This document shows, piece after piece, positions 61,001 through 64,000 of a stretch of 64,000 nucleotides of DNA. The stretch is taken from the NCBI GenBank assembly GCA_905331295.1, contig CAJNYD010000012.1, positions 124,001 to 188,000 of the forward strand, written 5' to 3'. Position numbers and translations under genes: made by a program. The DNA is from Rotaria socialis. Taxonomy: Eukaryota. The notes beneath the pieces are model-generated. The model did no database searches. It was not told where the DNA came from and was given only the letters and a program-made list of their open reading frames with translations. Numbering within the stretch: position 1 is the stretch's first letter; each line of letters opens with the position of its first letter.

Positions 61001-64000
61001 TTGCAACTTTTTATATTTCATACGTTCCTTGAAAACATTTGCTTTAATAAATGTGAATCGACAATTTTGAAGAAAAAAAAACTTACGACTTCTAAAGCTT
61101 GTTCTAAACGTCGTGCAATATTACGATCATTTCGATCACGGTCATGTCGTCGACTGCTACCAGTGGGCCGAGATAAGAATGGATTATTTTGTAATGGATT
61201 TGTAACTATCTCTTGAAGTTTCTTCACTGCCTGCAATGGATAAAAACAAAACGAATCGTTACTTTTCTACTCGAAAATCAAACATACAGCTTCTTTTTTC
61301 GCTCGTTCATCATCAGCTTTTTTCCGTAATTCTGATACTTGTCGTTCGAAATCATGCAGTTCTAAAATATTGATATTGAAGAAAAAAGAAAGAAAAACAA
61401 GGTTGATAACGAACGATCAAGTATTGGTTTGAACTTATTTGACATTGCTTCACGATCTTTAATTGCTTGTTCAAGATCATATTGACATTTTTCATATCGG
61501 TCACGGAACTAAAATTGAAAATATTAAGTTTAACAGTCCGACAGTTCCTTTCATTTGAATTTCGAATTGGCATAGAAGAAAGAATTTTCCCCTCTCAACA
61601 TCGTATGAAATTTTCGCTTTCAAATCGAGTCTAGCTATGCTCCTATATCGGCTTAGATAAATTTTTTAAGCAAAAACCAGGAGAAATATAGTCAGTTTTT
61701 ATTTTAAAGATCTTCATTTAAAAACAATTAATAATGAAAGTAGAACATATGATAGAAGTATCAGTTCTCGTTTTACCAGTCTGCGTAAAACGAGAACTGT
61801 TACTTATTTGAACTATGATAAATATCAAAAAAAAAAAGTCAAATATCTAAAAGAAACAAATACTAACATTCATAAAAGATAACAACATCAGTGTATGGCA
61901 ATGAACCAGATATGATAAAGTTGACATAGAAAATGAATCGAAATAATCAGTCATGTATAAAACCACAGAAAAGCTGTTCATTGCAGTCCCTTTGGGGCTA
62001 AAATATTGTACTCACATCTATTCCTTAGATGTACTAAGCTAATGCAAAATACCTCGTATGAACAATCTACTTTCCTATGTCTGTAGTGGGGTACCACAAG
62101 AATCGAGCTTTTAACGATACACTCACCATGGTTTTCGAAGACATGTGAGCTCCACGGAAATTAGACTAAATAAATTTTTTATGATGCATATTTTCGTCTT
62201 TTTGTAATCGATAACAACATATCTGTTGAGGACGTGTGTCGGTATGAGGACGCATGTTATTTAAACTAACACACCCACCCATCGTTTATCAAATGCTTGT
62301 CTTTTTCGTCTTATTGAAACAAGCAGAAAATACAAAAAAAAACGATACTGTTTATTTTCCTAAGTTTTGCTTTTTAATAAATATCTCAAGCAAACGAAAA
62401 CTATTTTATCTTCCTTTAAACAGTTCTATGCCCACTCATCGATATCCACTTCCTTGTATGTTACTCACCGTATTAATTTCCGAATCTAATAACGCAAGTC
62501 GGCCATTAAAATCTGTATGTAAAGCTTCGACTTCGATGATCATAATATTTTTTTCTTTGTCCAATTCTGCACACTGTTCTTGTAATAGATTCAAATTTAA
62601 ACTTTCAGTTTTCAATTTAACGTTGGATATTTCAAGTTGTTTAGAAAGATTATCTCTGAAAAGAAAAAAAATTCAACAATAGAATTAATCGACAAAAAAT
62701 TTTCATATGCTTAACCTTTCGTCTTCAAGATTTTTTTGTTCGTTGATTGCTTGGCGTAATTTATCTGATAGTTCATTGATTTCATCTTTTAATTCGTTCA
62801 TTTGTGTTCGATAAAGAACAGAAAATTTACTTTCAACTAAATAATCAAAAACAAGAAGGTGTGCTATTTATAAATATTTTCAATTTTCAAACCTTCCACT
62901 TGTTCTTCATAATCAAGAACTTTACTTTTAATATTTTCATATTCATTATTCATCATACGTATTTCTTTGTTTAATCGTTCGTTTTCTTTACGCATTTGAT
63001 TTAATTCATTAGCCAAATGTTTTTCTTTATTAAATGAAATATCTAACTGTTGTTGCATGTGTTTCAAATCTTTATCATATTGTGTTCGACGTTGATTATC
63101 TGATTCCATTTGTTCAATGATTTGTTCTTTAGATTGTTTCGATAATTCATGATCATGAATTAATTGATTATAATTTGTTGTTATTTGTTTTAGATCCATT
63201 TCAAGCATACGAGCTTTTTTCTGCGTTTGAATTAGTTCTTCTGTTGCGCGTTTCAGTGACAAACGTTCAGAATCTAATTTTCTTTCAAGATCTAAATACA
63301 GCAATCGAATAATTATCATCAAATTCAAAATAGAGAGAGCTTGAGATTTTCTTTCATTCTGCTATTTTCTTACTTCAACATTTATATTATTCTATTCATT
63401 AATTTGAGTGACACATAGGCCTGTTTTATACTTTTGATAATATTTAGAGCAGACTTACAATGAGTTATCTCGAGTTTGAGATTGAAAATTTTCCAATTTG
63501 AGTCATATGACTCAAGCGAATCGATCCATTACTAGACATGTGTGACATCTAATTCTCTTTGTTCTGATCGAATCGTTCTAATAGATGCTTTTATTTCTTC
63601 TGACCGACTATGGAGCATATAGCTGAAATAATCTTCTGTTGTATTTGGGATTTTTTCGGTCTTGATAAAATTTCATCTGTACAAAAAGTTCTTTGTGTTT
63701 TATTGTCGAAATGAATCTCAAATTATTACGGAAGTTAAACGGCGAAAAAGTCAATTCAGAGACCGGATAAGTAATTTCAAATCTTCAAGTATATGGAATG
63801 GATCGCTCTGAAACTTTCCGATCACACAGCCAAAATAATAAATACCTTTAATAATTTCTTGACCATCATGTTTAAGATCATCATCAGTTAAATTATGAGT
63901 TCCAGCACGTTTAAGTTTTTCAACAAGAAATTGGTCTTGTAATTTTTGATGTCGAATTTCTTCTTCAATTAATTTCGATCGTAAAGAATCGATTTCAACT
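58056..64000 (-). CDS. ROCK: Rho-associated kinase, C-terminal part (coiled coil, RBD, split PH and C1); 5' end outside window
   Basis: Coiled-coil exons, FSVLYRTQMNELKDE, AVKKLQEIV (RBD-like), LYHVRAVTQGDV...IPKIFQVLY, C1 CETCNRP...PPPCLECTRCHVRCHKQH, QKQWIAKLSKKIPK. Confidence 0.92.

Overview
AT-rich eukaryotic genomic DNA with many short (~45-70 nt) GT-AG introns, most consistent with a bdelloid rotifer (inferred from intron style and a bacterial-type PBZ DNA ligase; not verified). I can reconstruct 14 protein-coding genes: Shal/Kv4 channel (+), LigE-like ATP-dependent DNA ligase (-), PAP2 lipid phosphatase (+), then 11 consecutive minus-strand genes: NAGA-like GH27, matrin-type zinc-finger protein, B9D2, MYORG-like GH31, GSK3, FAM221A, DTWD2, ELP6, a secreted EGF-repeat protein, MNK kinase and a 5'-truncated Rho kinase. 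There is also a possible decayed gene and several non-autonomous TIR elements. Most notable: (1) two tRNA-uridine-modification genes, ELP6 and DTWD2, separated by only 58 nt that end in a splice acceptor abutting the DTWD2 ATG (operon/trans-splicing or in-frame fusion); (2) an antisense tandem array of 24-25-nt microexons inside a TA-flanked TIR element in a Shal intron; (3) the intron-containing bacterial-type ligase. Exon boundaries were read by eye and may be off by a few bases.
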